Positions 36,580-48,700 of a DNA stretch of 64,000 nucleotides are shown piece by piece. The first letter of the stretch is position 1, and each line of letters begins with the position of its first letter. The notes beneath the pieces are model-generated. The model was not told the origin of the DNA, did not search any database, and saw nothing but the letters and a program-made list of their open reading frames with translations. A program made the translations under genes and the position numbers. Source of the stretch: Phyllosticta citribraziliensis (taxonomy: Eukaryota); NCBI RefSeq assembly GCF_038025025.1, contig NW_027117341.1, forward strand, positions 310,001-374,000, given 5' to 3'.

Positions 36580-38263
36580 TCTCCGACCAAGTGTTGAGTG
36601 CCAGATGAGGGAGGAAGCGGTGGCTAACGTCCTTGGTCGATGCAGACAAGAAACCGTGACGTATGGAGGAAGAAAGCAGCGGGCATGTGCAAACCACGAT
36701 CTCAAATGCAAGCCGTCTTTGAATTTACAGACATTTCCAGACGCCGCAAGGTTGTTTAGTTTTCTGTGGCGCTTACTTTCGCCTTTTGGAGGGGAAACTT
36801 GGCGACCGACATAGAGTTTGCAGAAATTTCAAGGCTTTGATTTGTCGGCATGAGCACACAATTGATAGGGCGTGGCGTGTGGCTGTCAGATTCTTTGTCG
36901 TCGTGATTTGATCTCTCTTCCAGGACCTTCCACATGCGGCTAGTGCGCCTAAGCGAGGCGTTGGTGCAGCTCCCGGCCGCCGCCCGCTCCCGACCCAGAT
37001 TCGTGCATCGCTGACCTCAACACCACGCCTCATGCGCGTGGCATGCGACAAAGAGGCCTCGTTTCACGACAGCGGCCGACTCGTGAGGCTCTCCGCCGCT
37101 TTGCTGACGGTCGGGTCGGGCCGGCGATGAAGACACGGCCTGTCGGTGCGCGCGCAAGGTTCCGGGAAAATCATGACATCGGCGCGACAAGCACTCGACC
37201 ATGGATGCCGAGGCTTTTTCGTTGGGTCGACCGAAATACTACGGACCAATGGGTGCACCGGGGATTGACGCGCAACGCCTGCGAGTGCGCCAAAGGGCAT
37301 GGATGGCGGGCAGGTCTCGAACTGCCATGTTGCATGTTCGACAGCCGCCGTTGGGATGGCGACTGCGCAGCGCCGCGTCGGTGAGGCGCCGTCTTATCTC
37401 TGAGAAGCGCCGGCGCGGTTGTAGGCTTCGCAAGGCTTTGGTCAATCAAGAGGCTGGGCGGATGCGGGCCAAGAGGCTTGAAGATGGAAGAGCTGCCCTC
37501 GGTGGGTGAGGGCTGGATCACGACATTCGCTAAACGCGATCGCGACATACAGGCATGCGGTGATGCACTGCTGGGCCGCCCACAACGGCGCACATTTCGC
37601 ACCGGAGCCCAAGTCGGCATTCCCTCTTCCTGCCTTTGGGCTTGTCCGAAGCTTGTCGCCACAGCTTGGCCAGAAACTTATCCCGACTTCTTCTGGTGAT
37701 GAGGCGTCGAGTTTGTCTGACACGCGTCAACTAGGTATTCGTATCGACCCCACGCAACAAGCAACAACAAAAAGTCAACCTCGTTTGCCATCTGACGGCG
37801 CTCTCGAGCCGAAGCTAATGGGGAACGGAGTCGGTTATTTCCGGCTCCTCTCTGTACTGTAACCTCACTGGGGCAAATCGTCTTCATCTCCATCTTGTTT
37901 TGACGCCCATCATGGAGCAAATTCCGCAAGGCGATCACACATGGCATTGGAAGAGCTCCACTGTTGGGCCCGCTGCTCCTTCAAAGTGATTTACACACGG
38001 GTCTCGAGACAAGCGCGGCCAATGAGGAAAAGGCCCTTGTCGTGATCATGCCCGCTTTATCTGGCTGGCCGGCTTGGGGGCCCTCGGCGATTCCCCTGTA
38101 ACCATCTTCGCCGTTGCTGGCATCTTTGCTGCTCCAAATCACACCATTGTCCGCTGCAACTACTCTACCCGACTCGTCGGATACTATAAAATGTTTTGTC
38201 TTCTAGCACACTCTGGCTCTGCGAGAGCAATCATCGCCTTCGACGTCTCCATATTCTTCCACC

Positions 38264-40171
38264 ATGGGCCGGGACTCCCTTTCCAACGAACATGCCTCTC
38301 CGCAGGCCGAAAAGATACCCGAGGGCAAACCGACCGGGTCGTTAGCACCCGGTTTGGTTGCCTTTGAAGCTGAGCCTGTGCCTCCCAAGGGCGAATTTTT
38401 CCACGAAGTCGAGTCGACTGGCTCCAGTGGCTACACCGAGAACAACCCCTTTTCGGACCCTGACGTCGCCGACTACTGGAGAAACACGTACGAAAAGGCC
38501 CAGTACGAATGCCGAGGAGAGTTTGATCCGGACGCCACCTGGACGCCGGAAGAGGAGAAGAAGTTGGTTCGCAAGCTTGACATGCGCGTTTGCTTTTGGG
38601 CGGTGAGTGAATATCAAGGACCTTCCCAACTGGGCCCACAGAGGACTAACACTTGGCAGTGTATGATGTTTTTCGGTCTGCAAGTGGACCGCGGCAACCT
38701 CAAACAGGCAGTTTCGGACAACATGCTTGACGACCTCAACATGAACACCAACGACTACAACTTAGGCAACACGCTGTTCTTAGTTGCCTTCCTTTGCGCC
38801 GAGCTTCCCTCGCAGCTCATATCGAAGAAGCTAGGACCTGACCGCTGGATTCCCATGCAAATCACTCTTTGGTCGCTTGTCGCCATCTGCCAATGCAGAA
38901 TCAGCGGCAAGGGAAGCTTCCTCGCCACGCGAGTGCTCCTGGGATTGATCGAAGGCGGCTTCATCCCAGACATTGTGCTCTGGCTCTCCTACTTTTACAC
39001 CAGCAAGGAGCTGCCAATCCGCCTCAGCTACTTCTGGACGACGCTGTCCCTGACGACCATCATCACTTCACTGCTCGCCTTTGCCTTGCTGCACATGCGC
39101 GGCGTGGCCGGCTGGGCTGGATGGCAATGGCTCTTCCTGATCGAAGGCATCATCACGCTGATTGTAGGCTTGGCGTCGTTCTTCATGATGCCGGCGTCGG
39201 CGACGCAGACCAAGACATGGTTCCGTCCCAACGGTTGGTTCACCGACCGCGAGCTCAAGATTGCCGTCAACCGCGTGCTGCGCGACGACCCGTCCAAGGG
39301 CGACATGCACAACCGTCAAGCCATCACTCCACGACGCCTCTGGCACGCCGCCAAGGACTACGACATGTGGCCGTTGTATGCCATCGGCCTGCTGGCCTAC
39401 GTGCCCCAGACGCCGGTGGACCAATACATCACGCTCATCCTGAAGCAAATCGGATACAGCACGGTAAGTTGTCGGCGCATTCTAGCCCTCCGTCCCAAAG
39501 TGACCAACCACTGACACTTGGCTAGTTCACCGTCAACCTCCTGACCATCCCGGCCAACGTCTTCCACATCATGACGCTCCTCCTCATCTCACGCGTGTCG
39601 GGGTGGCTCAACGAGCGCACGCTGGTCTCCATGGTGCAAAACCTGTGGACACTGCCGTGCATCTTCGCGCTGCGCTTCTGGCCGGGGATGATGGTGAACG
39701 GGTGGGGCACGTACGCCATCGTAACAGTACTCCTGTCGTACCCCTACTGCCACGCGATCGTGGTGGCGTGGACGTCGCGCAACAGCAGCAACGTGGGCAT
39801 GCGCACCGTGTCGGCGGCCCTCTACAACATGATGGTGCAGGTGGGCAACGTCATCGCCAACAACATCTACCAGGCCGACGACAAGCCGCTGTACCACCGC
39901 GGCAACCGCAACCTCATCATCATCAACTTCATCTCCATCGGCATCTTCTTGACGACCAAGCTGTACTACACCCAGCGTAATAAGCGCCGCGAGAAGGTGT
40001 GGGATGCCATGACGCCCGAGGTATGTTTTGGCTCCCCCCCCCTTTTTTCTTTCCTCTTTCGTAGACGTCGAAATGGCTGACTTTGTTTTCTTTTCGCAGC
40101 AACGCTCCGACTACATCCGCAACTCGACCGACGTCGGCAACAAGCGCCTCGATTTTAGATTCGCGCACTAA
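38264..40171 (+). CDS. MFS transporter, allantoate permease (DAL5)/anion:cation symporter family
   Basis: EEKKLVRKLD, QVDRGNL, AELPSQLISKKLGPDRW, GWQWLFLIEG, RVLRDDPSKGDMHNRQ and terminal GNKRLDFRFAH*. Three introns (~38604-38659, 39464-39525, 40021-40099). Confidence 0.92.
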
Positions 40172-41002
40172 ACTCAACCCCTTTCCCGTCTCTTCCCTCC
40201 TCCCTTATCCCTCAATGATCTTTCCATTTTTTTCTTTTGCACACGCTTCCAGTGTCGCCCTCCATATACCATCATCATTCATTCATTCACGTCGCCACCT
40301 CACCACCTCACCTCACCACCTCACCGCCACCGTCATCTGCGTCGTCGTTGTTTAGGAACAAGCGAGGGAGTTTCTCCGTTTTTCGTTTTTCGTTTTCCGT
40401 TTTTTCTTTCTTGTGGAAGGTTGCCCCGTCTTCTACGTAGTGATAGTCGTCGTTCGTCGAAGTGTTGTTGCGCCGCGGTGGGATAGAACCGTTTATAGAT
40501 TTGTTTGTAGACGCGCGAGGTCAAAAATTGGGTCGGGTTGGGTCAGTTGCGATTGGTAGCGTAATCTCCGTTTTTGGGATTGTTGTGCTGGATGGCATGG
40601 CAGGTGGAGGGAGAGAGAGAGAGAGAGAGATGGCCAAACACGCCATGCGTGCCAGAAGCCGCTGCGCTAGTATTTGCGGAATGGAAAGAATGATAGAGAA
40701 TTTTTGGATGGTTGCTTTGCTTTGCTTGACTGGTTGTTTGTCATCAATGCAGATGGGTGGGATGTTTGACGAATACACTGCCTTGGTTGGCGTTCTCGTG
40801 GTGTGGCTTGAGTTGCTCTTCCCAGCGCGGTTGTCGGTGCTACAGACAGACAGATAGACGCAAGATATCGAGACACTTTCGTACGGAACGTGCAGAGGTT
40901 CTCATTGTTCTTTTTTGCTTATGTGACTGGGTCAGTCCGGGAGTCTTCTACTGTGCTTCACCACCCACGCGTCGCCGCAGCCCGTCCCTCCCAACGGCCC
41001 CC

Positions 41003-43894
41003 CTACCCCTTCAAGTCCTCCAGCCTCTCCCTCAAGCGCTCCCACCCCTCCGTGCCCTCCCACGCATCCCTCGCACGCCCACAAATCCCCTTGACCGCCG
41101 TGCGCGCCTTGAACCTCCAGTCCTTGGCCACCAGCGCGCCGCTGCCGGCCGCCAGGCCCTCCGTCTTCTCGCGCGGGCCCAGGGTCTCGTACGCGTCGAC
41201 CAGCTCGACCGTCGCCTCGACCACCTCGTCCCAGCGCGCTTCGGTTGTCGTTTCCCAGCCCGGCTGCGAAGTGACCGCGCGCCACGCCTTCTCGTGCGCC
41301 TCGAGCGCCGCCGAGGGCCGGCCGCGCCAGAGGGCCAGCCGCGCGACGACGCGCCACAGCGGCGCGGATGCCGTGATGAGGGGGACGACGGCCTCGTCGA
41401 CGAGCTTGACGAGCATGCGCGCGAGGCCGGGCTTCGTCGGGTCGAAGCCGTCATCGTGCGTCGCGGCGACGTGGCGCGCCAGGGCCTCGAGGATCGTCGC
41501 GTCGACGCACGCCTCGCCGTCCGTGGCGCCGCGCAGCTCGATGAGGCGGCGCTGGGCGGACAGCAGTTCGTTGAAGGCGGGCGGGTTGAGCGAGGCGGCG
41601 ACGGTGAGCAGGTTGTCCCAGATGCGGTGGTTGTCGTGCTTGAGGCGCGCGGCGTGCTTGAGCGCCTTCAGGGCGTCGCGAATGTGCTGCTGCGGGTCGC
41701 GGCGGGGCGCCACGAGATTGATGGCACCCGGGTCGTCGTCTTCCTCGTCGTCAAGCTTGGGCGCGGCGGGCTTTTCGACGTCGTCGTCTGAGACGGTGAC
41801 GGAAGGCTCGAGACGCAGCAGGGCGGCGGCGAGGTTGCTCCACGCTTCGGCGTCTTGGTCGTCGAGCTGGACGACGCGTGTAAAGGCCTCCACGGCGCGC
41901 TCGAACTGCGCCATTTCTAGATAGGCGCAGCCCAGCGCGAACCAGCTCTGATTGTTGAGCTGGTTGACCCGCAGCGACTTGCGGTACGCGTCTGCAGCTT
42001 TAGCATTGTCGTTTGCGTGCATCCAGAAGCGGCCGAGCGAGCGCTGGGCCCGCGCATACCGGTTGCCAGACACCTCCCAGCCCTTTTCGTACATGGCAGG
42101 GTCCTGATCAATATCCCCCAGGATGCAGTACAGGCGTGGCGCATCAGTAGGCACAGGTTCCCTCGGAGCACCCTCCCACTTTTCTTCGTCCCCTGCAGCT
42201 TCGTCGTCGCCATTGGTGGCATGGAAAAGCTGCTTGCGCACCACCTTCTTCGCCTTGTCTTCCCTCTCTGTGGCAGCCCAACACAGTGCCGCTTCAGCCC
42301 ACATCTCCAGTCTCTCAAAGATTTCCAGTGCAGTGCGCAGACCACCCAGCTTGACCCATCTCTCGGCCAGTTCAGACTCCAATTCCCAGCGCGAAGGCGA
42401 GCACAGCGTAAAGACAAAGCGCAGGCGTTCCGATACTGGTGCTGATTCATCCTCTTTGCTCCTGGGCAGGAAAGTGGTTGCGGCGCCTTCGGCAGCAGAG
42501 CCGTTGGGCGTTGCGTCAGCAGACGTGGTGTCTGCAATGACCTGGTCAACAACAGCTTGCAGCTGTAAAAGACCGCGCTCCATGGTCCTAGGCCTGTATC
42601 CCTCGATTCTACTCCTGACCAGCAGTGCCTGCGTGTAAACTTGCCAATTCGAACTGCCGCCCTCCAAGACACGCGTGGCATAGGGCGCCGTCTCTTCTCT
42701 CGTCAAGCCATTGTCGGGGTTCATGTTGGAAATCGACGAAGCAAGCAACAGCAGAATGACCGAATCCAGGGGATCAAGCATAGGCTGGTTGCCAGCATCC
42801 AGCTCAGCCAAGGCCTGGGGCAACGCATCCTCGCCCAGCACGTCCGTCGAGCTCTGCGCAGGCTGCTCCTCCGAGAACGAAATGCTCTCCAGCAGCGTGT
42901 CGTCGTTCAAATCGAGATTCTTCGGCTTCGTTGTCTTTTGCTCATCTTCCTCGACCGCCACCGCCTTGCCCTTGTCCTTGCTCTTGCTTTCGTCCGCAGC
43001 AGCAGCGTCCGAATCCGCACTCCTCGCCAGCACGACCAGCTGGCTCGTCTCCTTCTCCTGAAACTTGGTGCGCTTGCCGAGCAACCCCGTCAGCGCAAAC
43101 TCGAAGCGCCGCTCCACCTTGGCGCGCTCCAGGTCCTCCCGTGCCTTCTTGTCGAAGCCGTGGTGCGTGTGCACGGCGGCCCTCTCGAGCAAGAAATGCA
43201 CGCGCACTTCGGCCGGCGCGCTCGGTGCCAGCAGCTCCTTTTCCAGCTCCGCCAGCTCAGCGTAGATGGACGACTGCAGCGAGGGCGCAACCTCGGACAG
43301 CAGGCGCTGGTGCAGAAAGTCGAGCCGCAGCTTGGCCCAGCGGTACGGCGTCTTTGGGACAGCCTGCGCGATGGCGGGGCTGCTGAGAATGGTGTCGGCC
43401 AGGCAGAAGAGTTCGGGGTTTGGCGTGAGTTTGTATGCGCCCTCTCCGTCGACGGCGAGGGACTTGATGAGTTGCTGTCTTGTTTGCGACAGCTTGGTAG
43501 CGTCGGATGCAACATCTTCGGTGAAGATCGTCCTGGTGGATGAAAAAGGGAGCGGAGGTCCTGTGACGTTGGACTGGATGAAAGAGTAAAGAGACGCTAG
43601 AGCCAGGACGAAGAAGAAATGGTGGCGGAAATGGTCATGCTCGGCACTGCTCGACTTGTGCTCTAGCAGCGCAGAGAGACGCCGGAAAATGAAGTCACTC
43701 CAAACATTGTAGTTTTGGAGCGAAATGTCTTTTGTTGCCTCGTCATTTTGGTGGCCGAGCAAGGCGCGGGTCAGATGGGTGCCGAGGACAGACTCGAAGT
43801 TGCCCGACTCGAGGTTCTGCAAATGCTCATTCAAGGAACTTGCAAGCTCTTGGGGCAAGGTGCTCTGGAAGAAGGCGAGATATACGTCGGCCAT
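41003..43894 (-). CDS. EMW1: TPR-repeat protein, Emw1/TTC27 family
   Basis: 963-aa ORF with LTGLLGKRTKFQ, NWQVYTQALLVRSRIE and TPR units (WFALGCAYL, AEAWSNLAA). Confidence 0.85.
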   Translation of the reverse strand: MADVYLAFFQSTLPQELASSLNEHLQNLESGNFESVLGTHLTRALLGHQNDEATKDISLQNYNVWSDFIFRRLSALLEHKSSSAEHDHFRHHFFFVLALASLYSFIQSNVTGPPLPFSSTRTIFTEDVASDATKLSQTRQQLIKSLAVDGEGAYKLTPNPELFCLADTILSSPAIAQAVPKTPYRWAKLRLDFLHQRLLSEVAPSLQSSIYAELAELEKELLAPSAPAEVRVHFLLERAAVHTHHGFDKKAREDLERAKVERRFEFALTGLLGKRTKFQEKETSQLVVLARSADSDAAAADESKSKDKGKAVAVEEDEQKTTKPKNLDLNDDTLLESISFSEEQPAQSSTDVLGEDALPQALAELDAGNQPMLDPLDSVILLLLASSISNMNPDNGLTREETAPYATRVLEGGSSNWQVYTQALLVRSRIEGYRPRTMERGLLQLQAVVDQVIADTTSADATPNGSAAEGAATTFLPRSKEDESAPVSERLRFVFTLCSPSRWELESELAERWVKLGGLRTALEIFERLEMWAEAALCWAATEREDKAKKVVRKQLFHATNGDDEAAGDEEKWEGAPREPVPTDAPRLYCILGDIDQDPAMYEKGWEVSGNRYARAQRSLGRFWMHANDNAKAADAYRKSLRVNQLNNQSWFALGCAYLEMAQFERAVEAFTRVVQLDDQDAEAWSNLAAALLRLEPSVTVSDDDVEKPAAPKLDDEEDDDPGAINLVAPRRDPQQHIRDALKALKHAARLKHDNHRIWDNLLTVAASLNPPAFNELLSAQRRLIELRGATDGEACVDATILEALARHVAATHDDGFDPTKPGLARMLVKLVDEAVVPLITASAPLWRVVARLALWRGRPSAALEAHEKAWRAVTSQPGWETTTEARWDEVVEATVELVDAYETLGPREKTEGLAAGSGALVAKDWRFKARTAVKGICGRARDAWEGTEGWERLRERLEDLKG

Positions 43895-44201
43895 GGTTTG
43901 CAGGTGTGTTGGCGGGCAGAGAGCGAAGAGTCACGTCAATAGTCAGAAGAAGGCCGTGTGGCTCAAAATTTCAGCCGGGCTTTTCCCGGTAGGGCTGCTT
44001 TTCAGGTCCGGGTGGGTTGCCCCTCCCCCGCCACGCAGGGATCAATCATCGCAAAGGTACATAGCATTGATGATGTGGATAAGACTATTGACAAGACGAA
44101 GGGAAAAGGTTTGGGATATCATAATCGTGAGCGGCCGTCATCGTCCTAGCCCAAGCCATCAACAGCCATCCCAAGGCCGAGGAATCTCCAAATCAGTCAG
44201 T

Positions 44202-45150
44202 CTAGTCCGAGTCGCTGCTCGACGAGCTAGAGCTTCCACCCCTGCTCCTGCTCTTCGAGTGGGACTTGTGCTTATGCTTCTTGTCGCCATGATGGCCGTG
44301 TCCGTGGCTGCTGTAGCTAGGCGGGTACAAGCCACCCATGGCCGCGGAGCCGCTGTAATGCGAGCCGTGGTCGCTTCCGTGGCTGGAGTGCTTTTCATGC
44401 TTGTGTTTCTTGTCCTTCTTCTTTTTCTTCTTGTCGCTAGAGCATTTATTAGTGGCGTACAAACGTCAGTGGGGGTCGGCTTACTCATGTTTGTTCTCCA
44501 ACACGTTCGCTCCAATAGCGCCAGCGACAAGTCCACCAATCGTACCCAGTGCGCCTCCACCTAGCTTGTGGCCGACAAAGGCTCCTCCCGCGCCGCCTAC
44601 CAGCGTCGCTCCGAGGCCTCGCTCGCCCTCAGGCCCGTTGGCGCCGGGAGCAGCCCCGTATGCGCCAGCATCATGGGCGCCACCGTATTGCTGTTGATGT
44701 TGTTGCCCGTAGCCTTGCTGTCCGTGTTGGCCGCCGTACTGGTCGCCATGGTGGCTCGGCGGAGCATTGTATTGCCCAGGCGGAGGATACGGGGAGTGGT
44801 TGCGCGCTTGGACTTCACCTTGGTGCGGGTAAGGGGCGACAGCATTGCCGTAGCCCGGGGCCGGCGAGTAGGACGAAGGTGGTGCCGAAGGCTGCGAGTA
44901 TGGGTCGTGCGACGGAGGAGCACCGTACTGGTTGTACTGATCGTTTGGCGGGGGATAAGCACCCTATGCAAGGTCAGCGAGCAGCTCAAGTACGTCGGGC
45001 CCATCGGTCGCGCACCTGCTGAGGATACGGGCTGTGACCACCGTGCTGTTGCGGAGGTGCGCCGTATCCCTGCTGCTGGTTTGGATCATAGTGCTGCTGG
45101 TAGCCGCCTTGAGGCTGGCCGGCACCTCCATAGTAATCGTTGCTCGACAT
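44202..45150 (-). CDS. Gly/Tyr/Gln/Pro-rich protein with glycine-zipper segment and Lys/His/Ser-rich tail
   Basis: Starts MSSNDYYGGAGQPQGGY. The middle exon contains a GERGLGATLVGGAGGAF-type zipper. Last exon DKKKKKKDKKHKH...SSSSSSDSD*. Exon borders approximate. Confidence 0.75.
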
Positions 45151-45775
45151 GGTGACTCGGTTCGGTGACAAGTGAGGAAGAAATGGGGAACGGAAGGGAG
45201 CAGGCCGAGGGCGGAGGATCAGGAGTGTCCGGCCTTATATAGGAAGTCCGGAGGGCCAGGCGTTCGGTTGGTGAGGATAGGAACGGCGATGACATGACGG
45301 CAGCCCAGCATGAAGCCGGGGGTCAGCGGCTGACTGGGACGGTCATTCGTTGGCCAGGGCATGCCACGAGGCGCTGCCGGATGTGGTAGCCTGACAGAGT
45401 CGCGTTGCTGCATCCAAAGCGCCTTCTGCCCTGTGGCCCTATCAACTGAGCCGCTGCGCCACACCCGCCTTCGGTCCAGCCGGAGGTGGGCTGGCGTTCC
45501 ACAATGTGGCGCGCGACCATCGCACAGCCACCTTGTCAGCAGTCCCGTCCGCAGCAACCCATTCATTCACTCTTTCAAGGCACAGCTAGCGTTATCCATC
45601 CCCGGAATGCTTCTACTGTTACTGCTCCTACTATTGCTACCTATTCTCATGTGATGCTAGCAATACGTATGACGCAACTACACCATCATTTCACTCCTTA
45701 TCCACCTACACCTCATCTGCGATGAATCTTGTCCCAAAACTAATGCAACAGCCCAACATCTCTCGACTTCCACAA

Positions 45776-48700
45776 TCACTTCCGGCTGCCCTTCTTCTTC
45801 GCAGCAACCACCTTGAACGCAACGTCGTCCTTGGCCTGCTGAGAGGCAGCCTGGCTGGTCGCCGATCCCTTCTTGGCCACCTCTGACCAACCACCCGAGC
45901 CGTTGACCGGGCCGGGGCTGGCGGTTCCACTGCTGTCAACAATGCCCTTGTCCGCGAGCTTGCGGCGGCGGATGAACTCCTCGGCATAATGACGGCTGTC
46001 AATGGTTTGCGAGACAGAGTGTACAGCTTCAGTGACGATCTCGAGATCGGCCGGGAAAGTAAGCAGGTTCGAGACAAAGTCGTCAACTGCCATGTATTAG
46101 CCAGTCTTCCTCCCACCGCGTTTCAATGGATGCTCACCATTGATGCCCTTGTTGAGGTCGCCGCGCAGCTCGTTGGCAGCCCACTTCTTAAACTCTTCTT
46201 GTGCATTGACAGTGCCGGCAAGCGGCGTCGACGAAGTGGCAGCACGCGTCGGAGCCACCGGCTTCGGCTTGGGGGCTGCAGTGCCTGTGCTGACGGCCCT
46301 GGTTGTGGCAGGGCTCGGCGGAGCTGGGGCAGGAGTCTTGATCTTTCCGCTGGCCCCAACCGTAGTCCAAGCACCGGCACCGGCACCGGCACCGGCACCG
46401 GCACCAGTACCGGGCCCAACATTGGTGTTGATGGTGTTAATAGGGGTCTGCTTGCTGGCGAGATCAGCGTAGCGTTTGCCTGCAGAAATGGCTTGGGCGA
46501 CCGGAGTGCTCACTGCTGCAGCAGCACTGGCAGCGGCGGTAGCCGCCGCCCTCTGCTTGCGAGCCTCCTCTTCCTTTTGAATCTGCTGCAAGGTCTTCTT
46601 CGCCGGCGCAACCCCAGGAGTCTTGGTTGCAGTGGCCTTGGCCCACGCAGATGGCGTACCAGGAGCATTGACCGGAGAGGCGCCGCTGGCCCAGTTGGAA
46701 CTTGAAGGCAGACCAGGTGCAGACTGAGCCTGCTGTGCCGCGACCAACAATTCCTTCTCCATGGCCTCACGTCGAGCGGCGGCAGCAGCAGCCTCAACCT
46801 CGGCGGCCTTCTTGGCCTCGGCCTCCTGAATCTCCTTAAGGGAAGGTCCTCTGGGTGCCTCAGTCGTCTCCTTGGCCCAAGGTGCAATCGAAGCACTCGG
46901 GGTTTCTGCAGACGGAGTCTGCGAGCGCGAGCGGGTTTCCTGGTGGAGAGTGTCGGCAAGATTTTGCTTGCGTTGCGCCGCCGGAGCGGGTAGAGGGGAA
47001 CTCGACTGTGGCGGAGGGAACGGCATCGGCATCGAAGTGTCAACCTTGGCCCATGGCGATTGAGGAGCCGGAGTTTGCTTGGCAGACGCAGCCTTGACTT
47101 GCTCGGTCAAAGACAGAGGCTCCGACTTGGACATTCCATCATTCTCCTTGCTGGCCGCCTGCTCCATCTGTTGGCGCAGTTGTGCGTGGGCATGTTCCTC
47201 TTGGGCTGCTTTGATGAGCTCTTCCTGGTGAGAGGCCTTGCGCTTAGATTCGCTTCCAATGGCATTCTGGTACTGTTCATGCTTCTGCCGCTCGTCCTGC
47301 AGCTCATGGAACTGCTGGAGCCTGTCGGCTGACTCTTTCACCTGCGCCTCGCTGTCCTTCATGAGAGCATCGTGCTCAGCTTGCTCGCGCTGCAAGCGCG
47401 CGCGGTCGTTCAACATTTGGTTAACTTGCGGAGCGTGAGCATCGTTGGACTGCTGACTGCCGAGCGCGCCTGGAGCCGCATTGAACGGTCCTTGGGTGCC
47501 GCTTCCCAAGTTCAGACGCTGCAGCATTGCAGGTACCTCCTCTTCCCTGATGTTTCCCAACACGTCCATGCCGGCTCCAATTGGGGGCAATCCACCAACG
47601 GGGCCGGGGCGGAAGGAGTTGTCGAAGAATCCAGCAGTGCCTTGGCTGGGTGGAGGGGCTTGAGTTGGCGAAGGCTGGTAGCCGCCGGGCGACGTAATGC
47701 TCCCAAAGCTCGGCTGGCTGTGAAGACTGTGGGCACTCGAATGGTGTTGAAGCTGGTGTGGGTGGATCCCAGAGCCCATGGTCATCTTTGCAATGGCCTG
47801 CGCCTGAGCGAGGTGTTCCTTTTGACGGGCCATCAGGTACTGCTCTTCTTGTTTTCGTCGCTCGAGGGCATTCTGCTGTTCGGCCGTCAAAGTCGTGCCA
47901 AAGCTTGGGAAGCTGTTGGCGAACGGCGGTTGAGCGACAGCCGTATTCGCCCAGGCATTACCCGGTTGCGAGCTTGGAGGGCCATGAGGGATGCCAATCT
48001 GAGGAACGAGGAAGGGCTCGCGCGAATTGCCGATACGGCGAATGAGCTGCGCCAACGGCTCGTAGTCAACGTCCTCTTGCTTTTTGACCAGGAGGTCGGG
48101 GGAGAAGAATCCGGCCTTGTACCAATCGTGCATTTCGAGTCCCGACCAAGGACCCTGAACGTTTCCTTGGGGATCACGGTAGACCCATCGCATGCGATCG
48201 GGCATCACCATTTGGCGCTGTTGCGCGGCCGGAGGCTGGTTCGATGACGAGCTGCTCACACCGGGGGTTTGCACGGGCATACCCTGCGAAACACCACGCT
48301 GAGAGTTGGCGCTTGGCTGTTGAGATGTCGCGAGATTCGGTGCCTGAACAGCGCCAGCCGTCGACGCGTCAAAGTGACCCAGACCTTCCATTGGCTGTCC
48401 GCTGTCGTTCCTCCGGAAACTAGAGTTCATCAACTCATCAAAGACGCCCCTGCCAGCGCGGAAGGGGCTTTCGGTATCTCTTTGTGGTCCTTGGTTGGCT
48501 CCAAAGTTTCGACCAAACGATCCGTGCTGATTTACTCCGTCGCCATCGCCAGCATCACTGCCGAACCTGACTTGCTCATTCTGGCGCATCTGGTCCTGCA
48601 TGCCGACAGGCAAAAGGGACCCGAGCTTACTGTTGCGGCCAATGGACCCAGAGCCGCTGAGTCCTCCGAGACCTCCGCCGGTGTAGAGGTTGTTGCTGCC

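Noticed and set aside
40757..43543. Plus-strand ORFs of 300-344 aa
   Set aside because: Antisense to EMW1/TTC27 in its GC-rich segments, with no domain signal.
46371..46405. (GCACCG)n repeat
   Set aside because: Coding Gly-Ala tract in the GYF protein's disordered region.
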